From Corynebacterium glutamicum ATCC 13032 (lineage in GTDB: Bacteria > Actinomycetota > Actinomycetes > Mycobacteriales > Mycobacteriaceae): a DNA stretch of 32,000 bases. Below the pieces are notes generated by a model that saw only the letters and a list, made by a program, of their open reading frames with translations, was not told where the DNA came from and made no database searches. The translations under genes and the position numbers were made by a program. The DNA is taken from assembly GCF_000011325.1 (NCBI RefSeq), contig NC_003450.3, forward strand, positions 240,001-272,000, read 5' to 3'. Below are positions 8,576-16,309 of the stretch, piece after piece. The first letter of the stretch is position 1. Each line of letters starts with the position of its first letter.

Positions 8576-9306
8576 CCTTCGCGGCGTTTCACCCACCTAA
8601 TGACTGCGTAGGTGATGGGCATGAGGATGACCTCTAGAAGGGTTTTCCACACGAAGCCCACCACAACGTAGTTGATGAAATCCGGGGCGGTGGCAATACC
8701 GATCACTGGCGCTGCGATGGCGCAAAACAGCAGGGTATCGACAAATTCTCCGACAACGGTGGAACCAATCAGGCGCGCCCACAGGGACTTTTCACCCGTG
8801 CGCTTTTTGATAGCCACCAGAACTTTGGCGTTGAGCAGCTGACCCACAATATAGCCCGCCAGTGATGCCACGATGATCTGTGGAACAAGGCCGAGCGTTG
8901 CTTCGAAAGCTTCTTGGCCTTCCCAGAAACTTGCGCCAGGCAGCCAGATGGAAATGTAGAAAGACAGCGCCGCGAGCATCGTGATGCCAAAACCAGTAAG
9001 AATGGCACGACGAGTGGATTTGAAGCCGTAACATTCGGCTAGAACATCGCCCAACACATATGAGATGGGGAAGAGGAAGAACGCACCGTCTGTCACCAAC
9101 GGGCCGATTTCTACGCCCTTGGTTGCGGTGATATTTGAAATTAGAAAGACTGCAACAAACAGCGCCAGCAAAATGGGGTACAAGCTTGGCTGAATGTGAA
9201 TGAACGTGGAGTTTCCGGACGCAACGGGGGTTTTCTTGGCTGCGCCCTGCCCAGGTTGAGGCTGGGTTTCTGGGGTGTGTGATTGATTTTGCACGTCCAC
9301 AACCAT
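8554..9306 (-). CDS. yhhQ: YhhQ/VUT-family queuosine-precursor transporter
   Basis: 250-aa polytopic membrane protein with the DUF165/YhhQ pattern (NITATKG...G...FPISYVLGDVLAECYG...). Convergent with tgt; the two 3' ends overlap by 22 bp. Confidence 0.8.
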   Translation of the reverse strand: MVVDVQNQSHTPETQPQPGQGAAKKTPVASGNSTFIHIQPSLYPILLALFVAVFLISNITATKGVEIGPLVTDGAFFLFPISYVLGDVLAECYGFKSTRRAILTGFGITMLAALSFYISIWLPGASFWEGQEAFEATLGLVPQIIVASLAGYIVGQLLNAKVLVAIKKRTGEKSLWARLIGSTVVGEFVDTLLFCAIAAPVIGIATAPDFINYVVVGFVWKTLLEVILMPITYAVIRWVKRREGYETFDA

Positions 9307-9427
9307 AGCCAGAAAACGTGGATGAAAAAACTCTCATGTTGGTTTCATCGTGGTTTCATGAGGCGGGATTTAACTAGAGATTGTTAGCCAATCGGCCAGA
9401 CACTTCCTCCTAGAAAGGTCCCTCCTC

Positions 9428-10510
9428 ATGACCATTGCTCTTGAACACCCAGTACTGCACTCCACGGCGATCGCGTTGCCTGCTCGTTTTCAGGCGAGCT
9501 ATACGACGCGTTTGGTGGCGGTGGGCGTCGATAAGCGTCCTTCTGATTTTTGGTTGGAAACAGCCGGCACGCCGCAGGCGGGCGATGTGGTGATTGCGCG
9601 GGTGACGGCGATTAATAATCACAAGCGGGTGGAGACGCCGGAGTCGCGCAAGGCCATTTTGTTTGAGGGGGTGTTGGTGATGTTGGCGTATGGGCACCGG
9701 TATGCGGCGGATCAGTTTTTAGCGCATGTACCGGAGGATTTGGGGCCATGCCATTTGGTGGCGGCTGGTGGCATCGCGGGAACGGTGACGGCGCTGCACG
9801 ATCGGGTGGATGAACCCACAGAGATTGAACCGTTGGGATTGCTCACCAATGCGCGCGGAACTGTGAATGTACGGGACTTTGCGGCTTTTGATAATCCTTT
9901 GAAAGTGGAGGCTCCCAACAAGCGTGCGCAGGTGATCGCGGTGCTGGGAACGTCGATGAACTCTGGAAAATCCACCACGCTTGCCTGCTTGGTCAATGGT
10001 TTGGCTGCGGCGGGGCAGAAGGTGGCGGCTGGAAAGATCACGGGCACTGGTGCTGGAAATGACCGCATGATTTATCACGATGCTGGTGCTCACAGCGTTA
10101 TTGATTTCACCGACTTTGGCTACCCAACTACGTTCAAGCTGAATTTCGCGGAGATTCGTGCGCTGAGCGTCAACATGATTAATGTGCTGGCTGATTCTGG
10201 TGCGGATACCGTGATCGTGGAAATCGCGGACGGAATTTATCAGGGCGAAACCTCGCGGCTGTTGCGCGATCAAGTGTTCCAGGAAGCCGTGGATCATGTG
10301 GTGTTCTCCGCTGTTGATGCCTTGGGCGCGAAGGCCGGTGTGCAGGAACTGCAGGCGGCGGGGCTTCATGTGGCTGCGGCCTCGGGAGTGATGACGGCTT
10401 CGCCGCTGGCCACCGCGGAAGCTGCCGCTGTGCTTGAAGTTCCAGTGGTGCCCACTTTTGATCTCACCAACCCGGAGATCGTCACAGCGGTGCTAACGGA
10501 TCATGCCTAG
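9428..10510 (+). CDS. Uncharacterised P-loop NTPase (SIMIBI/BioD- or DUF1611-like) with an N-terminal beta-rich domain
   Basis: Walker A GTSMNSGKST (9947-9976) and Walker-B-like hhhhE motif DTVIVEIADG. No confident family assignment by eye. Its stop overlaps the next gene start (ATGCCTAG, 10503-10510). Confidence 0.7.
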   Translation: MTIALEHPVLHSTAIALPARFQASYTTRLVAVGVDKRPSDFWLETAGTPQAGDVVIARVTAINNHKRVETPESRKAILFEGVLVMLAYGHRYAADQFLAHVPEDLGPCHLVAAGGIAGTVTALHDRVDEPTEIEPLGLLTNARGTVNVRDFAAFDNPLKVEAPNKRAQVIAVLGTSMNSGKSTTLACLVNGLAAAGQKVAAGKITGTGAGNDRMIYHDAGAHSVIDFTDFGYPTTFKLNFAEIRALSVNMINVLADSGADTVIVEIADGIYQGETSRLLRDQVFQEAVDHVVFSAVDALGAKAGVQELQAAGLHVAAASGVMTASPLATAEAAAVLEVPVVPTFDLTNPEIVTAVLTDHA

Positions 10511-11942
10511 CTTATGGCGTGCTCGTCGCAGACTTTTGCTCATTGCCCTAGGTGTACTTGGTGTGCTGCAGGCACTGCTGGCGATCATGGTGTCGTTGAG
10601 CGTAGCCGCCATACTTGAGGGAAACCGAGCACTTGTTGGATTGCTGCTTGCTACCACGTTGGGTTTGGGGGTGGCGCAGTGGATTCAAAAAGTAGTGGCA
10701 GAAGATCTAGGCCAGCATTATGTGCATGAGGTGCGTCGTGAATTGGTGGGTGCTGCGCTGGTGCCTGGAAATACGGCCTCGTTGGGCGTGACTGTCACCC
10801 GAGCCAGCAATGATCTCACCGCGGTGCGCAATTGGGTGGCTTTGGGCATTGTTCCGATGGTCACCGGGCTGCCGTTGATTGCGATTGTGCTGGTGGCGTT
10901 GTTTATCCAAGATCTCCGCACAGGCGTGGCTGTTACTGTGCCACTGCTCATGTGTGTAGCCGTGCTGCCGGTGGTGGCGCGGTGGACTTTGAAAAGAGCA
11001 CGTGAACTACGCAAAAAACGTGGACGCATGGCTGCGCGGATCGCAGATTCTGTCATGGCTGGAGAATTACTGCACGCAACAGGAGCAATAGACCGTGAGC
11101 TCAATGCAGTCACCCGAGATTCCGACCGAGTGGTGATAGCTGCTGTAAGACGTTCCTGGGCCACCGGTTTTAGCCGCGCATTGATGGCCATGGCAGCCTC
11201 GCTTGGCACTGTCAGCATTGTGATTTCTGGCCACCTGGAAGTAAGTGAGGTTGCGGGAATAATGATGCTTCTTGGCGTTCTTGCCACTCCAGTTGCAGAA
11301 CTTGGCCGCGTGGTGGAATATCGCCAAAATTATAAAGCCGCGACACGCATCCTGATTCCACTTCTGCAACGAGGCTCAGAATTTAAACACTCCCAACAAA
11401 AACTACCCGGGTTGCAAGCAACAGAAGGAATCCCCGGTGTCTATGTCAAAGGTATTTCCGCCCTTCCTGGAGAACGGATCTACCTCCACGGCTCTGCAGA
11501 TGCGACGAGAAAATGGGTCACCTCGTTGTCTGCAATGGAGGAAGGCACAGATGTAATAGTCAACGGTCAAAGGCTTTCGCAGCTTCCTTTGAAACAACGA
11601 CGCGCCCTCATCGGAATCGCCTCAGCACACCACCACTTAAGCCGTGGTTCAGTATCGCGCCTGGTTGGTTTGCGAGTGCCGGATGCCACCGTGGAAGAAA
11701 TTGAGCAAGCACTGGAACAAGTTGGTCTGAACAACACCGGGAAACAACGCTTGAAAAACGGCGGACACCCCTGGAGTACTTCGCAGATCAACAAACTGAA
11801 AATTGCCAGCGCCACCCTTCGAACCCCACCGCTTTTGGTACTTGAAGGCATCACCCCTGAAAACCTCCTCAACTATCCCGGAGTGATCATCTCCACCGTT
11901 CAGGAGAACCCATCCGAAACATGGCGGCAAGTGAACATCTAA
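10503..11942 (+). CDS. ABC-exporter-like protein: type-I exporter TMD fused to a degenerate, truncated nucleotide-binding domain
   Basis: The N-terminal ~290 aa have the ABC exporter TMD pattern (six hydrophobic helices, RASNDLTAVRNWV coupling-helix region). In the C-terminal domain Walker A is GSADATRKW (11490-11516), the signature is WSTSQ (11772-11786), Walker B is LLVLEG (11832-11849), and there is no H-loop region. Confidence 0.75.
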   Translation: MPSLWRARRRLLLIALGVLGVLQALLAIMVSLSVAAILEGNRALVGLLLATTLGLGVAQWIQKVVAEDLGQHYVHEVRRELVGAALVPGNTASLGVTVTRASNDLTAVRNWVALGIVPMVTGLPLIAIVLVALFIQDLRTGVAVTVPLLMCVAVLPVVARWTLKRARELRKKRGRMAARIADSVMAGELLHATGAIDRELNAVTRDSDRVVIAAVRRSWATGFSRALMAMAASLGTVSIVISGHLEVSEVAGIMMLLGVLATPVAELGRVVEYRQNYKAATRILIPLLQRGSEFKHSQQKLPGLQATEGIPGVYVKGISALPGERIYLHGSADATRKWVTSLSAMEEGTDVIVNGQRLSQLPLKQRRALIGIASAHHHLSRGSVSRLVGLRVPDATVEEIEQALEQVGLNNTGKQRLKNGGHPWSTSQINKLKIASATLRTPPLLVLEGITPENLLNYPGVIISTVQENPSETWRQVNI

Positions 11943-11951
11943 TCTAGAAAC

Positions 11952-12833
11952 ATGGCAGGACGATACGCACCATCACCAAGCGGCGACCTTCACTTTGGCA
12001 ACCTCCGCACAGCACTGCTGGCCTGGCTGTTCGCGCGCTCCGAAGGAAAAAAATTCCTCATGCGGGTCGAAGACATCGATGAACAACGCTCATCCAAGGA
12101 ATCCGCCGAAAGCCAACTCGCAGACCTATCCGCCCTGGGTCTCGATTGGGATGGCGACGTCCTCTACCAATCCACACGCTACGACGCCTACCGCGCAGCC
12201 CTTGAAAAACTAGACACCTACGAATGTTATTGCTCGCGCCGGGACATCCAAGAAGCCTCGCGGGCACCCCATGTGGCTCCGGGAGTGTATCCGGGAACGT
12301 GTAGGGGATTGAAGGAGGAGGAACGCGTCGAAAAGCGTGCAACCTTGGCTGCGCAAAACCGGCACCCCGCCATCCGCCTGCGCGCGCAGGTAACCTCGTT
12401 TGATTTTCACGACCGACTTCGCGGCCCACAAACTGGCCCCGTAGACGATTTCATTCTGCTCCGCGGCGGGCAGGAACCCGGATGGGCATACAACTTAGCT
12501 GTCGTCGTCGACGATGCCTACCAAGGCGTTGACCAGGTAGTCCGCGGCGACGACCTACTCGATTCCGCCGCGCGCCAAGCCTACCTCGGCTCGCTGCTGG
12601 GCACCCCCGCGCCCGAATACATTCACGTGCCGCTCGTGCTCAACGCCCACGGCCAGCGCCTCGCCAAACGCGACGGGGCAGTGACGCTTAAAGAAATGCT
12701 TATCGACGCCCCCCTCCACACCATTTTCTCCCGCCTCGCATCATCGCTCGGCTACGAAGGGGTAAATTCCGCACCCCAATTGTTGGAAATTTTCGACCCC
12801 ACAACCCTCAGCCGGGAGCCGTTTATTTACTGA
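11952..12833 (+). CDS. gluQ: Glutamyl-Q tRNA(Asp) synthetase (GluQRS)
   Basis: 293-aa truncated GluRS paralog lacking an anticodon-binding domain. Class-I motif [17 protein letters not shown], and Cys/Tyr zinc cluster CYCSRRD...YPGTCR. Confidence 0.9.
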   Translation: MAGRYAPSPSGDLHFGNLRTALLAWLFARSEGKKFLMRVEDIDEQRSSKESAESQLADLSALGLDWDGDVLYQSTRYDAYRAALEKLDTYECYCSRRDIQEASRAPHVAPGVYPGTCRGLKEEERVEKRATLAAQNRHPAIRLRAQVTSFDFHDRLRGPQTGPVDDFILLRGGQEPGWAYNLAVVVDDAYQGVDQVVRGDDLLDSAARQAYLGSLLGTPAPEYIHVPLVLNAHGQRLAKRDGAVTLKEMLIDAPLHTIFSRLASSLGYEGVNSAPQLLEIFDPTTLSREPFIY

Positions 12834-13819
12834 GGCTCAGAGGGAGGGGTCATTCCATCTGGAGGAGTCATGCCGCCTGGTCCTCCTTGTCCACCGGGGC
12901 CTCCCTGGCCTCCACTTGGCATGTTCATGGACTGATTCTGTTCCGTGGTTGGATCAATCGGCACATCAATCGAGGCAATGAAACCGCTGGTAGCATCACC
13001 GGTCAGGTTAGCCATCTGCTGATCCCAACCATCGGAGAAGACATTGTCCGACTCCAACGTGATGTTATTGAGGTTGGTCAAAGAATCTCCATACACATCA
13101 AGTGCATACACCGATGCTGCTGATGCTTCATCCAAGGCAATCTGCGACGTCAAAATGTTGTTCGTGGAATCCGTGATGCTGTCTCGATCCGGGAACACCT
13201 CGAAATGAATATGCACCCAACGGCCCGCATAACAACCAGGGAAAATGGTATCGAACGTGACCTGGCCATACTTATCGGTAATCTGCACACCGCGTAAATA
13301 GGTCTCATCTTCCAGCTCAGAGTCGTACATCGAATATCGACCCGGCGCATCACAGTGCCACACGTACACCGCAGCACCCTCCATTGGCTGATTGTTGTTG
13401 TTCATGTCCAAAATGGTCATAGTCAACGTCAGAGGTACGCCCTCTGCCACGGTGTCAGAATCAATCGACTTGGTGATGTCCTGGCGCTCCACACCGGAGA
13501 CCTCCAACACATCCGGACCATTCGAACCATCGCCCGGGTACGGACCAGCAGTCTCCGACTTCATCTCAGTCAAAGTCTCTGCTGCTGCACTGGTGGTTGC
13601 AGCTGCGCTGCTGGACGCGCTTGAGGTGCTCGATGCCGCGGAAGAACCAGAAGGTGAACAAGCAGCAAGTGCCACACCTGCTCCACCAACACCGATGAAT
13701 CCCAAAACCTTCCTGCGGGAGAAAACGGTTCCCAGGTCAAATCCCAAACCCTGATCTTCCAAGTCCTCGGATTGATTAGGGAGGACCCTGCCTTCAAATT
13801 GACGCAACTGCTCAGCCAT
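12827..13819 (-). CDS. Secreted (Tat signal plus lipobox) intradiol-dioxygenase-like lipoprotein
   Basis: Twin-arginine motif SRRKVLGF followed by lipobox LAAC, then a Ser/Ala-rich linker. The dioxygenase-like core includes [17 protein letters not shown]...[11 protein letters not shown]. The C-terminus is a Gly/Pro repeat ([24 protein letters not shown]). The 3' end overlaps gluQ by 7 bp. Confidence 0.8.
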   Translation of the reverse strand: MAEQLRQFEGRVLPNQSEDLEDQGLGFDLGTVFSRRKVLGFIGVGGAGVALAACSPSGSSAASSTSSASSSAAATTSAAAETLTEMKSETAGPYPGDGSNGPDVLEVSGVERQDITKSIDSDTVAEGVPLTLTMTILDMNNNNQPMEGAAVYVWHCDAPGRYSMYDSELEDETYLRGVQITDKYGQVTFDTIFPGCYAGRWVHIHFEVFPDRDSITDSTNNILTSQIALDEASAASVYALDVYGDSLTNLNNITLESDNVFSDGWDQQMANLTGDATSGFIASIDVPIDPTTEQNQSMNMPSGGQGGPGGQGGPGGMTPPDGMTPPSEPQ

Positions 13820-14325
13820 GGCTTTTCTAGCCTTTCATGTTCGGACGTTTACGCTGATAGAGACATGCTAAGAAAAGATTCTGAATGGTTCCTGAATGCT
13901 TACTGGGTAGATTTTTCTAGATTTTTGCCAATTGACCTCTTGGCTGTATGGGGTTGTGGGAATTTCTGTACGTAAGGCGCGTGTCCTGCCATTTGAGTGG
14001 GGAAGTTCCGAGGTTGTGCTGGTTTGGCATAATGAAGCTTTGTTTCTCAAGTCACTATTTAATTTAGTTGGGGCGATTTAACGGGTCGAATGCTCGAGGA
14101 GGGTATTTGTATGGGTGCTGTGATGTTGGTAGCTCAGGAGCGATTCTGAAGGGTCACTTTCGAAGCCTTCAATTGGGAATTTTGGGCTAGATTCGGCGGG
14201 CCGCATATCTAGGCCAAACGGCGGTTGGGGATTGGGACCCTTGGTTCCAAACTGCAGTATTGGCGCGTGAATGCGCTCGCTGCCAGGGGTTTGTGAACCA
14301 GGGGGCGATAAGAACACATGCTAAC

Positions 14326-15486
14326 TCAAGCACTTAACAGCGACGCTACACCACCAACCCTCTCCTGTACAGACCCATCATCACGCGCACCATTAAGACG
14401 CACCACACCAGCAACTTCCTGAACCACCGGCTGCTCCACATACCGCTGCGGGAACTGCCGGTAATGGGCATCCAACGCCTGCACACGCAACCTATGAGCC
14501 GCCCTCCAACTACCATCAAACACCGACTGCGGAGTATGCCCAGCCACACCAGAATGCGGATGAACCGTGTTGTAATACACCACAAACTCCTCCACCCACA
14601 CCCGGGCCTGATCCATCGATGCAAACACCTTCGGATAAAACGGCCGATACTTCAACGTATGAAACACCGACTCCACAAACGCATTATCATCACTCACCCG
14701 CGGCCGAATCAACGACAACGCCACACCATGATCCGCTAACAACCGCCGCACCCTCGTCGATGTCATCGCCGACCCATTATCCGAATGCACCGTCACCACA
14801 CCCGGATTATCCGCTAACACCTGCGTTAACAACTCCACCGCGGTGGAGGTATTTTCCGTCGGCGCGACCTTCGCCCCAACAATCTTGCGGGAAAACAAAT
14901 CAATCGCCAGATGCAACGCATAGGTCTTACCACGTACCAGCGACGGCAAGAACGTCACATCCCAACACACCACCTGACCAGGCTGTGTTGCTTCCAACCT
15001 CGGCTTAACCCGTGGCGTTGGTGATCGTTTCCCCGGGGACAGGGCACTGACTCGGTCTTTGTGTAACAACTTGTGCTGCTTGGCAACACGCCACCATGTA
15101 CGTAGTGATGCGCGGTAGATGCCTTTGTTAAACAACATGTTAAACACCCCACTAACGCTCAGTTGTGGGTACGCGGTGATCGCATCAACAATGAACTGGC
15201 GTTCGTGTTCTGCCAACGCTTGACGCACCGACGACACTGCTGGCTCCTTCCCCTGCCAAGGCTCTGGTGTGGGTTCCACACCAGGTGCTGTTGGTGCTGG
15301 CACGGCCTGCAGGACAGGTTTCGGTGCAGGACGGGGACGCGGCTTGTTGCGGTAATACGCCGTTGATTTCGACAGCTTGATCAGCCGTAATGCCTTGTTA
15401 TGGCTCAGCCTGGCACAGGTGGTGAGATCTGTGATCAAGGTGTTTTCTTCCTTGAGTCCTTGATCAAAGGCGCGTTGCTCATCCAC
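14326..15486 (-). CDS. IS3-family transposase OrfB (HTH + Pro-rich linker + DDE integrase core)
   Basis: rve-type core with catalytic-type residues in CWDVTF, HSDNGS and SDDNAFVES. GTG start at 15486, in the -1 frame relative to orfA. Confidence 0.85.
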   Translation of the reverse strand: MDEQRAFDQGLKEENTLITDLTTCARLSHNKALRLIKLSKSTAYYRNKPRPRPAPKPVLQAVPAPTAPGVEPTPEPWQGKEPAVSSVRQALAEHERQFIVDAITAYPQLSVSGVFNMLFNKGIYRASLRTWWRVAKQHKLLHKDRVSALSPGKRSPTPRVKPRLEATQPGQVVCWDVTFLPSLVRGKTYALHLAIDLFSRKIVGAKVAPTENTSTAVELLTQVLADNPGVVTVHSDNGSAMTSTRVRRLLADHGVALSLIRPRVSDDNAFVESVFHTLKYRPFYPKVFASMDQARVWVEEFVVYYNTVHPHSGVAGHTPQSVFDGSWRAAHRLRVQALDAHYRQFPQRYVEQPVVQEVAGVVRLNGARDDGSVQERVGGVASLLSA

Positions 15487-15488
15487 GT

Positions 15489-15794
15489 TTAGGTGGCGTC
15501 CTCCTCGTCTAAGCCCTCGCCAGGATTGGGCCTGGTCCCAATAGCTTTTCCCAAGATATCGATCACCATTTGATTCTGATGGTCTTTTTGCTTGTAGTGC
15601 GCGAGTTCTTTCTTCAGCGCTGCGATTTCTTTGAGGTACTCGTTTTCCATGATCGTGGCTCTTTCTAGTTGTTGGGCAATCATGTGGCGTAGTCGAACGA
15701 TTTCGACCACGGTTCGGGTGGTCATCAACCCGATCTGGCGGGGTGAGATATCAGCGTCTAAGTCCCCGTCGGTCATAGCGGCGCACCAGGCCAT
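15489..15794 (-). CDS. IS3-family transposase OrfA (leucine-zipper part; the N-terminal HTH region has no usable start codon)
   Basis: 101-aa ORF from ATG 15794 with a coiled-coil segment (ENEYLKEIAALKKELAHYKQ). The frame stays open 47 codons further upstream, to 15935, and encodes an HTH-like stretch (LTADDKRDLVIGYLAQPHGQGQQFLTFYQLRKHTI) containing no ATG/GTG/TTG. Confidence 0.6.
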   Translation of the reverse strand: MAWCAAMTDGDLDADISPRQIGLMTTRTVVEIVRLRHMIAQQLERATIMENEYLKEIAALKKELAHYKQKDHQNQMVIDILGKAIGTRPNPGEGLDEEDAT

Positions 15795-16181
15795 GATGGT
15801 GTGCTTACGGAGTTGGTAAAACGTGAGGAATTGCTGGCCCTGACCGTGTGGTTGAGCTAAGTATCCTATGACCAGGTCACGTTTGTCATCAGCCGTTAGT
15901 GTGGTGACATCGTCGACTGGGGCTGTACTTATCGATCATCCCGACTACTGGACGAGAATTACCGGCGATGGGGCAAACCAAGTGGCCGAAGAGCCCCTAA
16001 TTGAGAGATTCTCGGTCATATGGGACCGTTTCCAGACCTCAAAACCATCCCATATGACCGACGGCAGTGAAATTCGGCGTTCATTGGTCACCTGGTTTGG
16101 GCTTGCAGGGTATTGCAGGGACTCACCAGAGAAAAGCACACATTTTGTCCCTTAACCACCAAAGAGAATCCCCAATACATG

Positions 16182-16217
16182 AAAAAACCAGCTCCCCACC
16201 GAAGTGAGAAGCTGGTT
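16182..16217 (-). terminator. Intrinsic terminator downstream of tRNA-Ser(GGA)
   Basis: On the minus strand, hairpin aaccagc...gctggtt (16186-16217) followed by a T-run (plus-strand aaaaaa at 16182-16187). Confidence 0.6.
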
Positions 16218-16224
16218 CAGTTTG

Positions 16225-16309
16225 CGGAGGATAGGGGATTTGAACCCCTGAGGGATTGCTCCCAACCCGCGTTCCAGGCGAGCGACATAGGCCGCTAGTC
16301 GAATCCTCC
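16225..16309 (-). tRNA. tRNA-Ser (anticodon GGA)
   Basis: The reverse complement gives acceptor GGAGGAT/ATCCTCC, anticodon stem CTCGC/GCGGG with loop CTGGAAC (anticodon GGA), a long variable arm, T arm GGGG-TTCAAAT-CCCC and discriminator G. CCA is not encoded. Confidence 0.9.

Larger units (their letters stand above)
14300..15940 (-). mobile_element. IS3-family insertion sequence, probably decayed; ends not confidently defined
   Basis: Two consecutive ORFs, with orfB in the -1 frame relative to orfA and a long overlap window open in both frames. orfB has a DDE (rve) core. Composition is visibly more C/G-rich than the flanks. The only terminal inverted repeat found is weak: cgataagaacac (14305-14316) against the reverse complement of gtacttatcg (15924-15933). 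Confidence 0.7.

Noticed and set aside
9307-9427. preQ1 riboswitch upstream of the YhhQ-type transporter, or upstream of tgt at 7308-7318.
   Set aside because: Neither strand shows the small hairpin plus A-rich tail (…CCC…AAAAAACUA-like) that I associate with preQ1-I/II riboswitches. The tgt leader is only 11 nt long.
14166-14205. Possible long inverted repeat: gaagccttcaattggg...ttcggc against the reverse complement of 15985-16012 (gagaatctctcaattagggg...ttcggcc). This would place the IS ends about 150 bp further out.
   Set aside because: The similarity is patchy, needs several gaps, and lacks the TG...CA termini typical of IS3 elements. It is not distinguishable from chance by eye.
14078-14317. 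79-aa minus-strand ORF below the IS, and the ORFs at 15868-16155 (+) and 15945-16139 (-) above it. These might be halves of a gene split by the IS insertion.
   Set aside because: The upstream ORF ends in a stop before the IS boundary. The two parts do not join in frame, and the translations have no recognisable domain or RBS. I treat the region as non-coding orphan DNA.
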